The position numbers and the translations under genes are program-made. Shown here piece by piece: positions 25,433-38,728 of a stretch of 64,000 nt of DNA. This stretch comes from Octopus vulgaris (Eukaryota): the NCBI GenBank assembly GCA_951406725.2, contig OX597820.1:30256001-30320000 (forward strand), in the 5' to 3' direction. Numbering within the stretch: the first letter of the stretch is position 1; every line of letters starts with the position of its first letter. The notes below the pieces were generated by a model. The model did no database searches, was not told where the DNA came from, and saw only the letters and a program-made list of their open reading frames with translations.

Positions 25433-25739
25433 ATATACATTATTTACATTATTTACATTCGACGTATATTTGTCCTTATCTTGTTTGTTAGCACAACGTT
25501 TCGGCTGATATACCCTCCAGCCTTCTTCAGGTCTCTTGGGGAAATTTCGAACCTGGTCTTTTTTCGATGTTGTTATTGTTATTTTCGATGTTGATTATTA
25601 TTATTGTTGTTGTTATTGTTGTTGTTCTTGTTGTTCTTGTTGTTCAGGTTACTGCTTGGAATCGAACTCGGAATCTTGGGGTTAGTTACCCGCGCTCTTA
25701 AACACTACGCCATATGCACGTGGGCAATTATGGAGTGAA

Positions 25740-25785
25740 GACACCTGAAGATGGTTGGAGAATATATCAGCCGAAACGTTGTGTT
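25740..25785 (+). ncRNA. Minimal type I hammerhead ribozyme
   Basis: GACAC-CUGAAGA-U-GGUUG(loop)CAGCC-GAAA-CG-UU-GUGUU; palindromic AACGUU stem III implies dimeric folding. Confidence 0.75.
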
Positions 25786-26494
25786 AACAACAAACAAGAT
25801 GAAGACAAATATCCGTCGAATGTAAATAATGTAAATAATGTGTATCCCGTGTTCTACTAGCATTACTTGAAGCTCCATTCGTCTTGTTTTTTTGTTTGTT
25901 TGTTTTTTTACACAAAGTCTATAGAAATTTATTCACCGAGTCAAAATCCCACAACAAATGTCTTTCACCTTCCCTTGTGCAGGAGCGTGTTAAAAATACC
26001 CAAACGCGCGCGCATTATGTCTGTATTTATATCTGTATGTTTGTATGCATATGTGTGTGTGTATATATACACACATGTAGGTATGTACTTATACATATAT
26101 AAATACATACATATATGCGTGTGTGTGTGCGTTTGTGTGTGTGTGTGTGCGTGTGTGTGTGTGCGCGCGCGCGTATATGTGCATGTATGTGAAATAAAAT
26201 GCTGTTTTTCTATATTTTTGAAAATTCAAAATAATGCGAGTTATAAGGAATAAATCGATTGTTTGTTCTCGATATTTCGGGGTTAAGAACTCCTCTTCAG
26301 GAAAACGCAATCGAAGATTTGGTGTTGCGAGTTATCTTTTCTCTGTCCAAATATACGATAAAAATACACACCATTCACTTCTCTTACTTCTGGTAAATCG
26401 CATTATTTTCCTTTTTTCAAAGATATTAAAACATTTACTATATGTCACACACACACACACACACAGACACACACATACATACATACATACATAC

Positions 26495-26525
<31 letters not shown>

Positions 26526-26539
26526 CAAACATATATATA

Positions 26540-26683
26540 GGGAGAATTCACAAAAAAAACAAAAGACGAAGACAGGTGATGTAGACAACAAACAGATGTA
26601 TTAGTATATCGCTCAGGAAGTGAAAAAGTTTTTAACGTTTCGAGCCTACGCTCCTCCACAGAAAGGAACACAGAAAGAAACAA

Positions 26684-26690
<7 letters not shown>
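26540..26690 (-). mobile_element. Penelope-like fragment with variant minimal HHR (26629-26665)
   Basis: UUU-CUGUGGA-G-GAGC(GUAG)GCUC-GAAA-CG-UU-AAA; the core differs at A6. Confidence 0.55.
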
Positions 26691-26745
<55 letters not shown>

Positions 26746-27891
26746 CAAATAAGAAAATTGAGGAGAACAAGACTTGGTTCATCAACTTTATGACATTAAA
26801 AATGTTAACTTATTTATTTATTAAAATGATAATTATAATAACATACATATATATAGCCTATTATTCTATCCATATAAGATAAGGATACCATTAATTATTT
26901 AAAAAATATGAATATAAATTAGTAATATAACTTACAGCTGTTTCACCCCATAGATAAAAGTGTCTCATTCTGCCTATATTAGTCAAGTGTATTGAGGTAA
27001 TAGGCAGATGAAAATGAGGTACTTTGTCAGAGATTATAAAGTACAATAATAAATATATATATATACATATATATATATATATGAAACACCGAGAAACAAT
27101 GACTCACTTAGAACGGTAGTGAAAAATACCTTCACACTGCTCTACTCTAATAATATAAGCTTAAATACATTGCACTTTAATGAATTAGACTTAAATACAT
27201 GACAGTACATAATCAGGACGACTATTAATGCTATATCTTGATAAGCTACAGCTAAATATAGTGATTTAGTTTCCAAGGTCTTTGAGTGGTCGATACATCT
27301 TCTCTGCTGAGTGGCACTGAGATTTGTAAGAAGATATGTTGGGATGAAGAATGACTGATGACTTGCGCCGTAACTTTGTTTAAAGTGAAGTAGAGTTGCT
27401 CATTATAAACCCCATTCTCTCGTTCGTGACCTTCTTCAAACCAGTAGCAAGACCAGGTCAAGACGACGGGGGATAGAGAAGGATTCAGTGAATGACCATG
27501 ATGTCTTACTTAGCTCATCATACTTTCTGCACTCCACAATGCGTTGCTGCAGCCAGTTTCCCATCCGTTGAACCATGTTAGTTTCTTCTGCAGAGTCCAC
27601 CAGATTTAGGTTTTACATGCATAGGTAGACAAGCTCAACTCATCAAGAGTTACAAACCCGTTGGCCACCCCCACCTGTGTTACTCCCTAGTCGAAACGGT
27701 TTATCAGGTTTTGACCGCAGTTGTATGCAAACAGCTACTTGGTGCTACAAGTAAGAGTTGGGTGCTAGGTTGAGACCAGAACAGACAAACCAACCCTAAG
27801 ATTGCAACGTGTTCCCCCATCAAATGTGCTACCCCTCCCTGACAATCCATACACACCACATATATTTACCTAAGTCTGCATATATCATATA

Positions 27892-28460
27892 TATTGGGTT
27901 GTCCGGAAAGTTCGTACCGATTTATAGTCGCTTACCTTTCGACTTATTTTAGAACATGGTTGAGTCAATAAAATAGAATTTGACTACACATCCATTTAGA
28001 AAACAGTTTAAGCTATCTTTTCGTGGAAGAAGGTTTATGTTCCTATAACCTGTGTTAATTCTGTAACCCTTTAAAATGGAAGATAAGAAATGTCATTTTC
28101 GGCACTTGATGCTTTGGGAACCAGAAAAAATTGCTGCAGCTCGGCTGGGATGTGTTACCCCATCCTCCATATCCACCAGATATTGCTCCTTCGGATTTCC
28201 ACTTATTCAGGTCTCTGCAGAATAGTCTTAACAGTAAAAATTTCAATTCCTTGGATGACGTAAAAAGATATCTTGATGAATTCTTTGCCATGAAACCACC
28301 TCAATTCTGGGAAGAGGGTATTTTCAAGTTAAAGGAAAGATGGAGACGCATTGTGCAACAAAGTGGTTCATATTTGGTTGATTAAAAATGTAATGGCAAG
28401 TATTTATTGACCTTTTTCTTTCCTTCAAATATCGGCACGAACTTTCCGGACAACCCAATA
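27892..28460 (+). mobile_element. Internally deleted mariner element
   Basis: TIRs TATTGGGTTGTCCGGAAAGTTCGT(A/G)CCGAT with TA flanks; C-terminal LGWDVLPHPPYPPDIAPSDFHLFRSLQN (YSPDLAPSD motif). Confidence 0.93.
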
Positions 28461-29379
28461 TAAATTTATGTACATACAAATACGTATGCACGCACGCACG
28501 AACACACATAGACAGACAGACAGACAGACAGACATATGTATGTACAACGCAATTACATGAACAATGCTTGGTGACTGGTGACTTCCTATATCTGCAATGT
28601 GCTTGGATTTGTATACATTGTTTATAGTAGATTAAGCTCTTGTGTCATACGTAAATCACCATCTTAATACCCAACTTGTTGTTGTGCAACCTTTGCTACG
28701 ATACAAATGCGCAAAGGATCGATGAATAAATTTTCGGTATGTTTTGGTTATATCTTTCAAGCCTTTGTTGATCAAAGCATAGCCGTATTGATGACTGAAT
28801 CATGAAGTAAATGTACCAAATTATACATTGGCTGGCGAAAGAAAATACACTTGTCCAGAGATGCAACTCGGTTTAAAACAATGGTTTAGTTAGCGTTAAC
28901 ATATACAGGGAGGAATAAAAAAATAGTGTAACCAGCAAAAAAATAATGATAATAATAAATAATAAACAAGTGTTACTTATTCAATCAGCACACGTTTATC
29001 GTTAATTAGCTTTTTAATGTCTCACTGCATTAAATATTTAGCACTAATTAATAGTTAATTATTGTTTTATTGATGCCATTGTTGTTGGTGGTGTTGTTTC
29101 CGTGTGAATGGTGCCTTTGAATAATTTTCTATATACTACATATTGCATTAAAAGTACCAGAAGTTGGTGAAAAACTGCTAGGAGAATGTGTGTAGAACGA
29201 GGCATTTCCTTGTGGAAGTTGAGAGTCAAGGGTTTTGCCTTTCCTTGGGTGAGGCTTTACAAGAATGAGCAGAAAAAGAGTCATAGATAAAACGAAGAGG
29301 CTGATGAAAAAAACGTCTAAATTGCTCTAGTTGAAGAGAGATGAGCAATGGTGTTAGCAGAATGCCGCTTGTCTAGGCC

Positions 29380-29645
29380 TGATCAACCTAGGTAGGTTGG
29401 GTCACCTGAACGGTGGTGTATATTGTAAGATCTGAAACACCCAGTTGAATCCAAAATACAACACAGAAGATGGGTCCAAGTAATACATCTGTAGATGTGT
29501 ATAGAACTATAAATCTGATTACAGGCCAAGACTAGATCAACTTAAGTTGGGACGTCTGGATGAGGGTGTATGTTGTATGACCCGAAACCCCTGGAGATCT
29601 CGGGATACAATACTAATGATGTATCCAAGTATTGCATTTGTAGTT
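29380..29645 (+). repeat. Two diverged 150-bp tandem units, each with a degenerate permuted HHR
   Basis: GGTG-TA-T(A/G)TTGTA..GA(T/C)C(T/C)-GAAA-C(A/C)CC ... TACAA(C/T)A-(CAGAAGA/CTAATGA)-TG(GG/TA)TC at 29415-29476 and 29565-29625. Confidence 0.6.
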
Positions 29646-31107
29646 TTCTGTTGAACTAATATATCTATAATACATTAAAGTCACTTTCAATCTTGCTTGC
29701 TTGCTTGTAATGTTACTCGGCGAAACTGGCGCATAATGGGAAAATACCATGAATTAAAGTTACCCTGAAATGTTAATACGAATCGAATGAAACAAGTTTC
29801 ATGTAAATCGGTAAAGTAGTTTTCAAGATATTAGAGATTTTCAGGGTATAAATAACCAAAACGGTGCATAATAGGAAAATGTTACGAAAATAGTCTTCAT
29901 CTTCTTATCTTTCTATTAGTGAGTTGACAACGAAAAAAAAAAACGATTCTTTTTACAATTTCTATTGTAGCTTTTGTTAAACACAATATTTTAATCATTT
30001 AGAAATATTTTTAAGTGAATGTGATTTCAAAAATGTAAGCTGTTTGTACAGTAAGTATGCATATTTTAGCTTTCTTTAAACAGACAATATTTTTATGTTT
30101 TTTAAAATTATTTTCAAGTGAATATTACAAAAATTTGGGGGGACATATTAAAAAATTTTCTAAAGTGAAAATGACTTTAAAAATCTGTAGATATTTCGTA
30201 AAGGACCGTTCGTAACCTCAGTGTGAAATAGTTTTTTTTTCGAGTGCATTCAACGTATCTCCCCTCCAAAGATTTTGGCTGCTATTTCTAGCACGTCCTG
30301 CTACCACGTAACAGCTATTTGCTATAAAAGACCTGAAATACATGTTACATTGTAGCAGGGCGTGCAAGAAATAGTAGCCAAATCTTTCCAACCCACGAAG
30401 CAACTTCTGTTACTGGGAAACTCAGAGTTTCCCGGTGACCCAACAGATCACGGGTAGTCTAGCATATTGCTAAACGTCGTTGAGAGTTATCCCCCCTGTA
30501 ACTTTAACGTACTACTCTTTCAATAGATTTTCGATGTAGAAAATTTAATTATCTAATAAGTGTTTACAATATCTAACCTGGATGTTAATGTGGAGTAAGG
30601 TGTTTAGTCTTCATCCGGTCACTAACAAAATATTTCTAAATCAGGTACGCTAAGATCCTCAAACGTATCAGTATACAACACATCCAGCTGAACTTACAAA
30701 CATAATAGTATGTTTCCACCGAGCAATGAATCAAATAATCTCACAGAATTACCTTATATCTACTTATTCATATCTATATGACATTATTGTAAGCTGTGAT
30801 TCTATTAGAGATCATAACAGAAATTTAGAAATATTTCTGTCATATGTAAAAAGTTCCGAATATGACTCTTATCAGTATAAAAAGAGCAACAATTTTCTAG
30901 TATCTCGAAACACAAAATAACTGTTCGTCGTAGGTTGTTTCCCCTTAAATGTCTTCACCATCCCAACATCTAACGAGCAAGTTATCTTTTGGTGAAAGGT
31001 AACCAATACGAGTGAAATATGTAGTGAAAAATACCTTCTGGAGGAGTTGGAGGGCGCCCAAATCTGAGCTGAACGATAGATAAGGGAGCACTAACTAAAA
31101 GCAGCAG

Positions 31108-31500
31108 TGGAGGCGCAATGGCCCAGTGGTTAGGGCAGCGGGCTCGTGGTCGGAGGATCGCGGTTTCGATTCCCAGACCGGGCGTTGTGTTTATTGAACG
31201 AAAACACTCTAAGCTCCACGAGGCTCCAGCAGGGGGTGGTGGCGATCCCTGTTGTACTCTTTAGTTCCAACTTTCTCTCACTCTTTCTTCCTGTTTCTTG
31301 TCCCCGACTTCCTACGCAACCGCTGAGTCTGGATGCGTATTCATCCATCCGTCGATGCTCTCGGTGTCGGGGGTTGACCTGCTTTCTCTTCTGCGGGTTT
31401 TACGAATAGCAAAGGACCACGTACTACAGACAATCTTGAGGCGCGATCTTGCGAACTCTGGGACGAAGACCGCTTCGCTTAACAAACAAGCAGCAGCAGA
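31108..31500 (+). mobile_element. SINE (GGAGGCGCAATGGC head, tail type 3)
   Basis: Same head and core as the 25140 copy, unrelated 3' half, (GCA)n end. Confidence 0.85.
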
Positions 31501-34500
31501 AGATCCAGTACTTTACTTATCAATCGCATAAACGATGAGATGCAGTGTTGTCTTAGATAAGATTTGAATTCAGATCGCCGAGAATCGGATATTGAATACC
31601 GAAAAGCATTATATTTAACACTCTATCGACCCTGCCATTTAGTTTATTAGTTTTAGAAAATATAACTGTATATCTTTGTAACATCTTTTGTGAAAACCAA
31701 TTTAAAGTAAATAAAAACAAAATATTTTTCCTACATTTTAACCTTAGTTTAATAACACGAAAGTTTATCTTCATGAAACAAAAGAGATAATACTCTCTTT
31801 TAGTTATTTCAATCATTTTGACTGCGGCCATGCTGGAGCACCGCCTTTAGTCGAGCAAATCGACCCCAGGACTTTGGAAGCCTAGTACTTATTCTATCGG
31901 TCTGTTTTGCCGAACCGCTAATTTACGGGTACGTAAACACACCAGCATCGGTTGTCAAGCGATGTTGGCGGACAAACGCATACACACACATACATATACA
32001 TATATACGACAGGCTTCTTTCAGTTTCCGTCTACCAAATCCACTCACAAGGCTTTGGTTGGCCCGAGGCTATAGTAGAAGACACTTGCCCAAGGTGCCAC
32101 GCAGTGGGACTGAACCTGGAACTATGTGGTTGGTAAATAATACTAGCATAAATAACAGATGCCGGAACTTCACCAATTTTCATTCCTTCATAACAATGTA
32201 ACTAAAAACTTTACCACGCCAAGATTCTTCATGTTAATTCCTCCAAACTTTATCCATTCACTTCTTGATTTTGTGGATATTTCCTTTCAAATGTTTTTAC
32301 GCTAATTACATTTACTATTCATTGGTGGTTCTTCAAATTTTCAAAAGCAAAAGTTGAAAACAGCTTCTTGGGATTGTTATGCCAGATATTTTATTTGATA
32401 TCTATAAAATTTCATATTAACCAAGCTTTTGTTCGACCATAACTATCCACCAATTCAACAGTCATGGAATGAATGTGCTAAAGTATTTTTATTTAATGTT
32501 GCCTTCGTTCACCAATATAATGTTAGAAGTACGAAAAGCAAAGTTGATTTCGGTGAAATCTGGATTCATAATACAAGGAATTTTATTCGACACTCTACTA
32601 TTTGTTATTTCTTTTACTGCATACAAGGGGCTACACACAGAGGGGACAAACAAGGACAAACGGATTAAGTCGATTATATCGACCCCAGTGCATAACTGGT
32701 ATTTATTTAATCGACCCCCGAAAGGATAAAAGGCAAAGTCGACCTTGGCGGAATTTGAACTCAGAACGTAGCGACAGACGAAATGCCGCTAAGAATTTCG
32801 CCCAGTGTGCTAACGTTTCTGCCTGCTCGCCGCCTTTAAAACTCTACTATTTGTGTCATTCTATTGACATTTACCTGAACAACTGATCTTTCCCTCTATC
32901 TAGTGTCATACAAATAGCCTCGTATCCAGTTATATGTCCCTAATTATCTGTGACGGCTGATAGTTAAATACCCTGTACTACCTACAAGGAGAGACACAAG
33001 AAGTGCGACTAGTCTAGAATTTAAACATGCCTAAACAAACCCACCAGTCTATTGTAAGTTTTCGTGTCTCATCTAACTATGCATAATGAGTTCTTTTAGC
33101 ATCATTACGGGGAGATACAGTTTCTGAACCATTGTGAAGATAGTCCGTCTGGGATATCGAACTCACTGAACAAACACAAAATATGGACAAATGCATATGA
33201 ATAGGTTTCACACGAACCCACAAATGCAGCCCTTGTAAAAGAACAATGACTGAATAAAATTCTGCATGAGGGAGATATGGACTCTGGAAGCTGTAGTGAG
33301 GACCGTTAGTCTTGAATAATAATATTTATGAATAAATATTTGCACACAGAAGACAGAATCTGCAAGTCACGGTGAAGGCAACCATTCAAGAAGAACAGCA
33401 ACTCTGAATAAAACTGATTTAGTAGCGTGACTGGCACTTCGTCAGTTAGGACAACGAGGGTCCCAGTTCAACGGAACAGTTCCATTCAACGGGACAGCCT
33501 ACTCGTGCAATAAATGCGCAAATGGTTGAACCCGCCACAGACACGCGTACTTTTAACATAGTTCTCAGGGAAATTCAGTGTGACACAGAATGTGGCAAGG
33601 CTGACTCTTGAATTACAGGTACTACTAATTTTTCCAGTTGAGTGTATTGGGGCAAGTGTCTTGCTCCAGGACACAATGCGCCGCCGGGAATCGAACTCAC
33701 GACCTTATGATCATGAGCCGTATACCCTAACCACTAAAGGCGGCACGATAAAATGCACTTAGTCTGTGAGGTGAAGTGGTTGGTCATAGGAAGGACACCC
33801 AGCTGTAAAAAAGCAACCGTCAAATCAATGAAAAAAGTCTATTTATTCTATACAGAGCTAACATTTACCATTGTAGTGCTGCGCTTAGGAGTAGTGTGGT
33901 TATGTATAAAAACAGCGGATTAAGAATATTGTTGATAGTGGAATGGATATTGAAAAAGTAATAGTTATTCAGAATAGGTAACAAAATAAATTAAGCCTAG
34001 GATATCCATAAGCAACAAATCAACTGGCCTCTGCATATGAACCATAAGTCGAGAAAATCTGTAGCCCAAATTTGATCATGAAGAAGACTTTTGACGGAGA
34101 TTGTACTAAGGGAGGCAACTCATCATTAATCACCTCCCTTGCGAGAGAAAAGACTTGTTCGATATTAATTGTTTCACGAATGTTGCTTTTCCTAAGGCGG
34201 CGAGCTGGCAGAAACGTTAGCACGCTGGGCGAAATGATTAGCAGTATTTCGTCTGCCGCTACGTTCTGAGTTCAAATTCCGCTGAGGTCGACTTTGCCTT
34301 TCATCCTTTCGGGGTCGATAAATTAAGTACCAGTTACGCACTGGGTCGATGTAATCGACTTAATCCGTTTGTATGTCCTTGTTTGTCCCCTCTGTGTTGA
34401 GCCCCTTTTGCGTGCGTGTTTTGTAGCGACGGAATCAGCTTCGAAGGAATAGATAAGTGTGTCTTCGTCGGAGATGTTTGGTTTGCTTTAGTTTCGTTAT

Positions 34501-35031
34501 GAAATTCTACCCCAACATTAGTTGAGTAGAATTCTTCAACCAGCAGACCATGTCCAAACTCAGACCAACAAAAGCTTATTTTAATCAATGAAGACGACAT
34601 ATAAACTTCATATGTTTACTTACTTGCTTCAAGAATGATACAAACATCTTTTACCTTATCATCAAACTATATTGTTGACAATCGGAAGACAAAAAAAGGA
34701 AGTGAGGTAACGAGGAACTGCTGCAAAACTGGAGATATTCGGCGAACGTGTCCGAATACAACAAACAACAAACTTTTAGCAAAGATTTTTTGGGGATCCC
34801 TATGTTTTCAACAACGGAGATTACGATTTCGCCAGAAAAAAAATTTTTTAAACTTTTCAACAGGAGCGGCTGTGTAGTAAGTAGCTTGCTTACCAACCAT
34901 ATGGTTCCGGGTTCAGTCCCACTGCGTAGCACCTTGAGCAGGTGTCTTCTAGTATAGCCTCGGGCTGACTAAAGCCTTGTGAGTGGATTTGGTAGACGGA
35001 AACTGAAAGAAGCCTGTCGTATATGTATATG

Positions 35032-35075
<44 letters not shown>

Positions 35076-35698
35076 TGAGTGTGTTTGTCCCCCCCAGCAT
35101 CGCTTGACAACCGATGCTGGTGTGTTTACGTGCCTGTAACTTAGCGGTTCGGCAAAAAGAGACCGATAGAATAAGTACTAGGCTTACAAAGAGTAAGTCC
35201 TGGAGTCAATTTGCTTGACTGAAGGCGGTGCTCCAGCATGGCCGCAGTCTAATGACTGAAACAAGTAAAAGAGTAAAAAAAGAGTAACATTTAAATTCCC
35301 CATCCTTACCCACCCAATTTTTTCCTCCTTTTCTTTTATTCTTTTATTTGTTTGACAGCAGCCTTAAAATGTTTTGGTCGAAGAAATTGACCACAGGACT
35401 TATTCTATGTAAGTCTAATACTTATTCGATCTCTTTGACGAACTGCTAAGCTGCAGGGACGTAAACATACTAACAACAGTTTCAAGCGATGATGGAGGTC
35501 AAACACAGATGCATAAATATATACATGTATATACGACGGGCTTCTTTCAGTTTCTGTCATCAAAATCTACTTAAAAGGCTTTGGTCGACCTGAGGCTATA
35601 GTAGAAGAAACTTGCCCAAGGTATTTTCAGTGTCACACCTTCCTCTGTCACATTGCCATATACTGAGTTCATTTAACTTTTATCACTATGTCACTAAT

Positions 35699-36190
35699 AC
35701 AGTTCTATATTTAAGAGATGAGGAATTATGTGCATTATTTACATTCAACAGCTATTTGTCCTCATCTTGTTTGTTGCTAACACAACGTTTTAGCTAATAT
35801 ACCCTCCAGCTTCTTCAGGTGTTTTGGGGAAATTTCGAACCTGGGTTCTCATTCCTAAGGTATTTTTCGATGCTATTATTATTATTATTATTATTGTTGT
35901 TCAGGTCACTGCTTGGAATTGAGATTAGTAGCCCGCGCTCTTAACCACTTAGCCATAACCCATGGGCATATGGTGCAGTGGTTAAGAGCGCAGGCTACTA
36001 ACCCCAAGATTCCAAGCAGTGACCTGAATAATAATAATAATAACATTGAAAAATACCTTAGGAATGAGAACCCAGGTTCGAAATTTCCCCAAGACACCTA
36101 AAGAAGGCTGGAGGGTATATCAGCCGAAAAGTTGTGTTAACAATAAACAAGATGAGGGCAAATATCCGTTGAATGTAAATAATGCACAAA
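35699..36190. mobile_element. Fold-back tRNA-head/hammerhead element (copy B)
   Basis: TSD GTCACTAAT (35690-35698 and 36191-36199); head-to-head arms centred on CCCATGGG (~35963); both HHR cores are mutated. Confidence 0.8.
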
Positions 36191-36668
36191 GTCACTAATC
36201 TCTAGTCTGAGTGGTACTTTTTTCTTTGCTGGGAAAAAGATTTAGCATATGCAACCCAGTCTATCCTATTTCCTGATGAATATGAAGACTATCCATTCGC
36301 TCAAGTGACAAGTGATCAGGTTGTTAGTCAATTCCTGAAGTTAATGAAGCAAACACTGATCAAATTATTTTAACTCTTCTTCATTCTTCATATAAATGAT
36401 ATAGAGCCTCCAGGTGTCAAAATAGCCATCCTGATGCTGTCCAACATATCCATTAAGTCTCTATGATAATGAGGCCACTGTCATTTGATAGCAGTGTTGT
36501 GCAAGTGCAAGAGAACCTCATAGAAACATTCCTTTAGCTCATCTATCATGACCTACTGTGCACAACAAATCAATCTGACAGCTACAGTGATCACCACATA
36601 TGTACCACAGTCAATGCATATGTCATGACCTCTGTAGCCACTGTTGCCTATGACTAGTCTAAGCTCAA

Positions 36669-36868
36669 CCCTTTAGCCTTCAGATCACTCTGTCAAATGT
36701 AATGTTTATTTATCCATATTGTTTTAAATTAATCATGCATTATCTTGTAGCTTTTAAGGATGTGATTGCATATTTCTAGAATATGGTAGGCTTGGTGTGA
36801 GAGGTCAGACCTGGCCAGTTTGAACATAAAACAGGTAGAATATTTGGGCCAGCTTATATGCTAAAGAG
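36669..36868. mobile_element. piggyBac-like MITE
   Basis: CCCTTTAGC...GCTAAAGAG-TTAA; same family as 51310-51524 and 56844-57025. Confidence 0.65.
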
Positions 36869-36899
36869 TTAAAGTTTAATTATCCCATTAACTAGCTTC

Positions 36900-37430
36900 C
36901 CACAATCCAAACATACATCCAGGATGGCATTCTAGTCACCTACTAGTATTAAAGAATGGGACATCCCAAGGAAAACCTCCGAATGCCTGAAGAAATCCAC
37001 TGCCATATTCCAGTCATGGCATACACAGCGACTAGTCTAAAAGTACCATTTCGCTACCATTCATGTCAAGGTTCCAGGGAGATTGACTGTATCATGAGGC
37101 CCAGTCTTTTCTGGAACTGTACCATCACCCTACTACTCCATTCTGGATCAAGTATGTGAAGATCTCAAAATCACCAAAAATGGGTGCTAAGGTGTCAGAA
37201 ATCCTCATCTTGCTGATGGGTATCACATCTAAACCTAGTAACCTGAAATCATTGAGCAAGTGAACTTGCTTCCATGGTAACTCCTGACCATGTGCATTTA
37301 TACTACCCACTCTCAAAATTGCCATTGTTGGCTAGAAAGAAAGGGGAAAAAAGTAGTCACCTACCTTAAAGTTTTCTGCGAGGCACTCAGGTATGTGAAA
37401 ATGTTTACTGTATGGTGTTCCTTGGGGAAA
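36900..37430 (-). mobile_element. L1/Tx1-group LINE ORF2 endonuclease N-terminal fragment
   Basis: MAILRVGSINAHG...KQVHLLNDFRLLGLDVIPISKMRI resembles the APE start (N..GL / DV...QET). Confidence 0.6.
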
Positions 37431-38728
37431 CCCTGTAGTAGCCTATCTGAGGCTGTGATGCTCAGATTCCAAATGTCATGTAAGAAACTCTCTCATTTCC
37501 TTGCAATAACTAATTGATAGCCTGACCAATTTCAGAATATCTAAGACATTAACTGTGTTGTCTTTAAAGATGCCACTTTCTATCTCATTGTCTCCTCTTC
37601 GTTCTATGTAAGAAAGCACTTCAGATCTAGTCAGTAATTTAAAATTTGGTATATTGATGTAATTTTTCATGCTGAATCTAAATTTGGGGTTGATTTATTC
37701 CAAAAAAATTTAGAAAAATATTAGAGGTTCAAAGGTTGATCATTTTCAACCAATCAGACAGCAGGAATCGGAAGCTGGCATTTTCTGCATGATAGCTGTC
37801 TGTTACAAAATGACTGATAGCAGCAACAAAATAAAAAAAGCAAGACATTACAAAAATTGTAAGAAGTTTTAATGAATTTTAAGGCATTAAGTCATATGAA
37901 ACACCCGAAGAGGCATGTCAACAATTTCAAAAAGAAAAGTTCTCAACTAAATTTTTATGCAAAAAATCAAAAAACAAACTGAGGTATTCTGTAAACAATT
38001 TGAAATGGAAAAATTTCAATAAATCTCTTTGGCAAAAATTCAAATTACAATTTTTGTATTTTCTCTTCACTGCTGCTACAGTTAGTAACTGTATTGATGC
38101 ACTAAATTCTTTGCTAGCCTTTTCAACGGAAAAACCTTAAATAAATATATTTTTTAAAAGTGAATAAACTAAATCTTCAGAAACCAGTCAATTGATCAAT
38201 TAACAAATTAATTAGTAAAATTTATTTACTAATAAGTAATCAATCCATGAATAAAAGTTGTGTATCAAGAAATCCTTAAGATTTTTATGTTTACTTAAAA
38301 GTTTACATATCATGTTACAAGGCAGAAACTAAGAAATTTCAAAAATAGAGAATTAAAAAGTTAAAATAACTATTGAGGTTTGGGATTCAGCCCCACTGTT
38401 GGCCCCTTCAACAAGTGCGTGCCACATAAAAAGCACTCAGCCCTTTCTGTTGGGTGGTTGGTGTTACGAAGGTCTACAGAACCCAATGTTTCATTTGAAT
38501 AGGTTTCAACAGCTGGATACCATTCCCATCACTAATCACTTTACTGAGAGTACCAGAACTAGAAGTTGCCACATACTTGGCAAGACAAGACTGGAGAACC
38601 CTTTTAACCATCAACTTTCTCTACTTGCTTGCAGCTATTTTACAGTATGTACTGGGTGCATTTTTCATAAGACCAGTTCTGTGGTTGACTAGTCCTTGGT
38701 GAGAATAAAGGTAAATATAATTATAGCA

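Larger units (their letters stand above)
25094..25841. mobile_element. Fold-back tRNA-head/hammerhead element (copy A)
   Basis: TSD GTATCCCGT (25085-25093 and 25842-25850); inverted arms each with an HHR (25491-25535 -, 25740-25785 +); tRNA-like A/B boxes at 25645-25717 (-). Confidence 0.8.

Noticed and set aside
27240-27840. Possible LINE 5' UTR with an HDV-like ribozyme
   Set aside because: Looks repeat-derived, but no convincing nested pseudoknot or family assignment could be read by eye.
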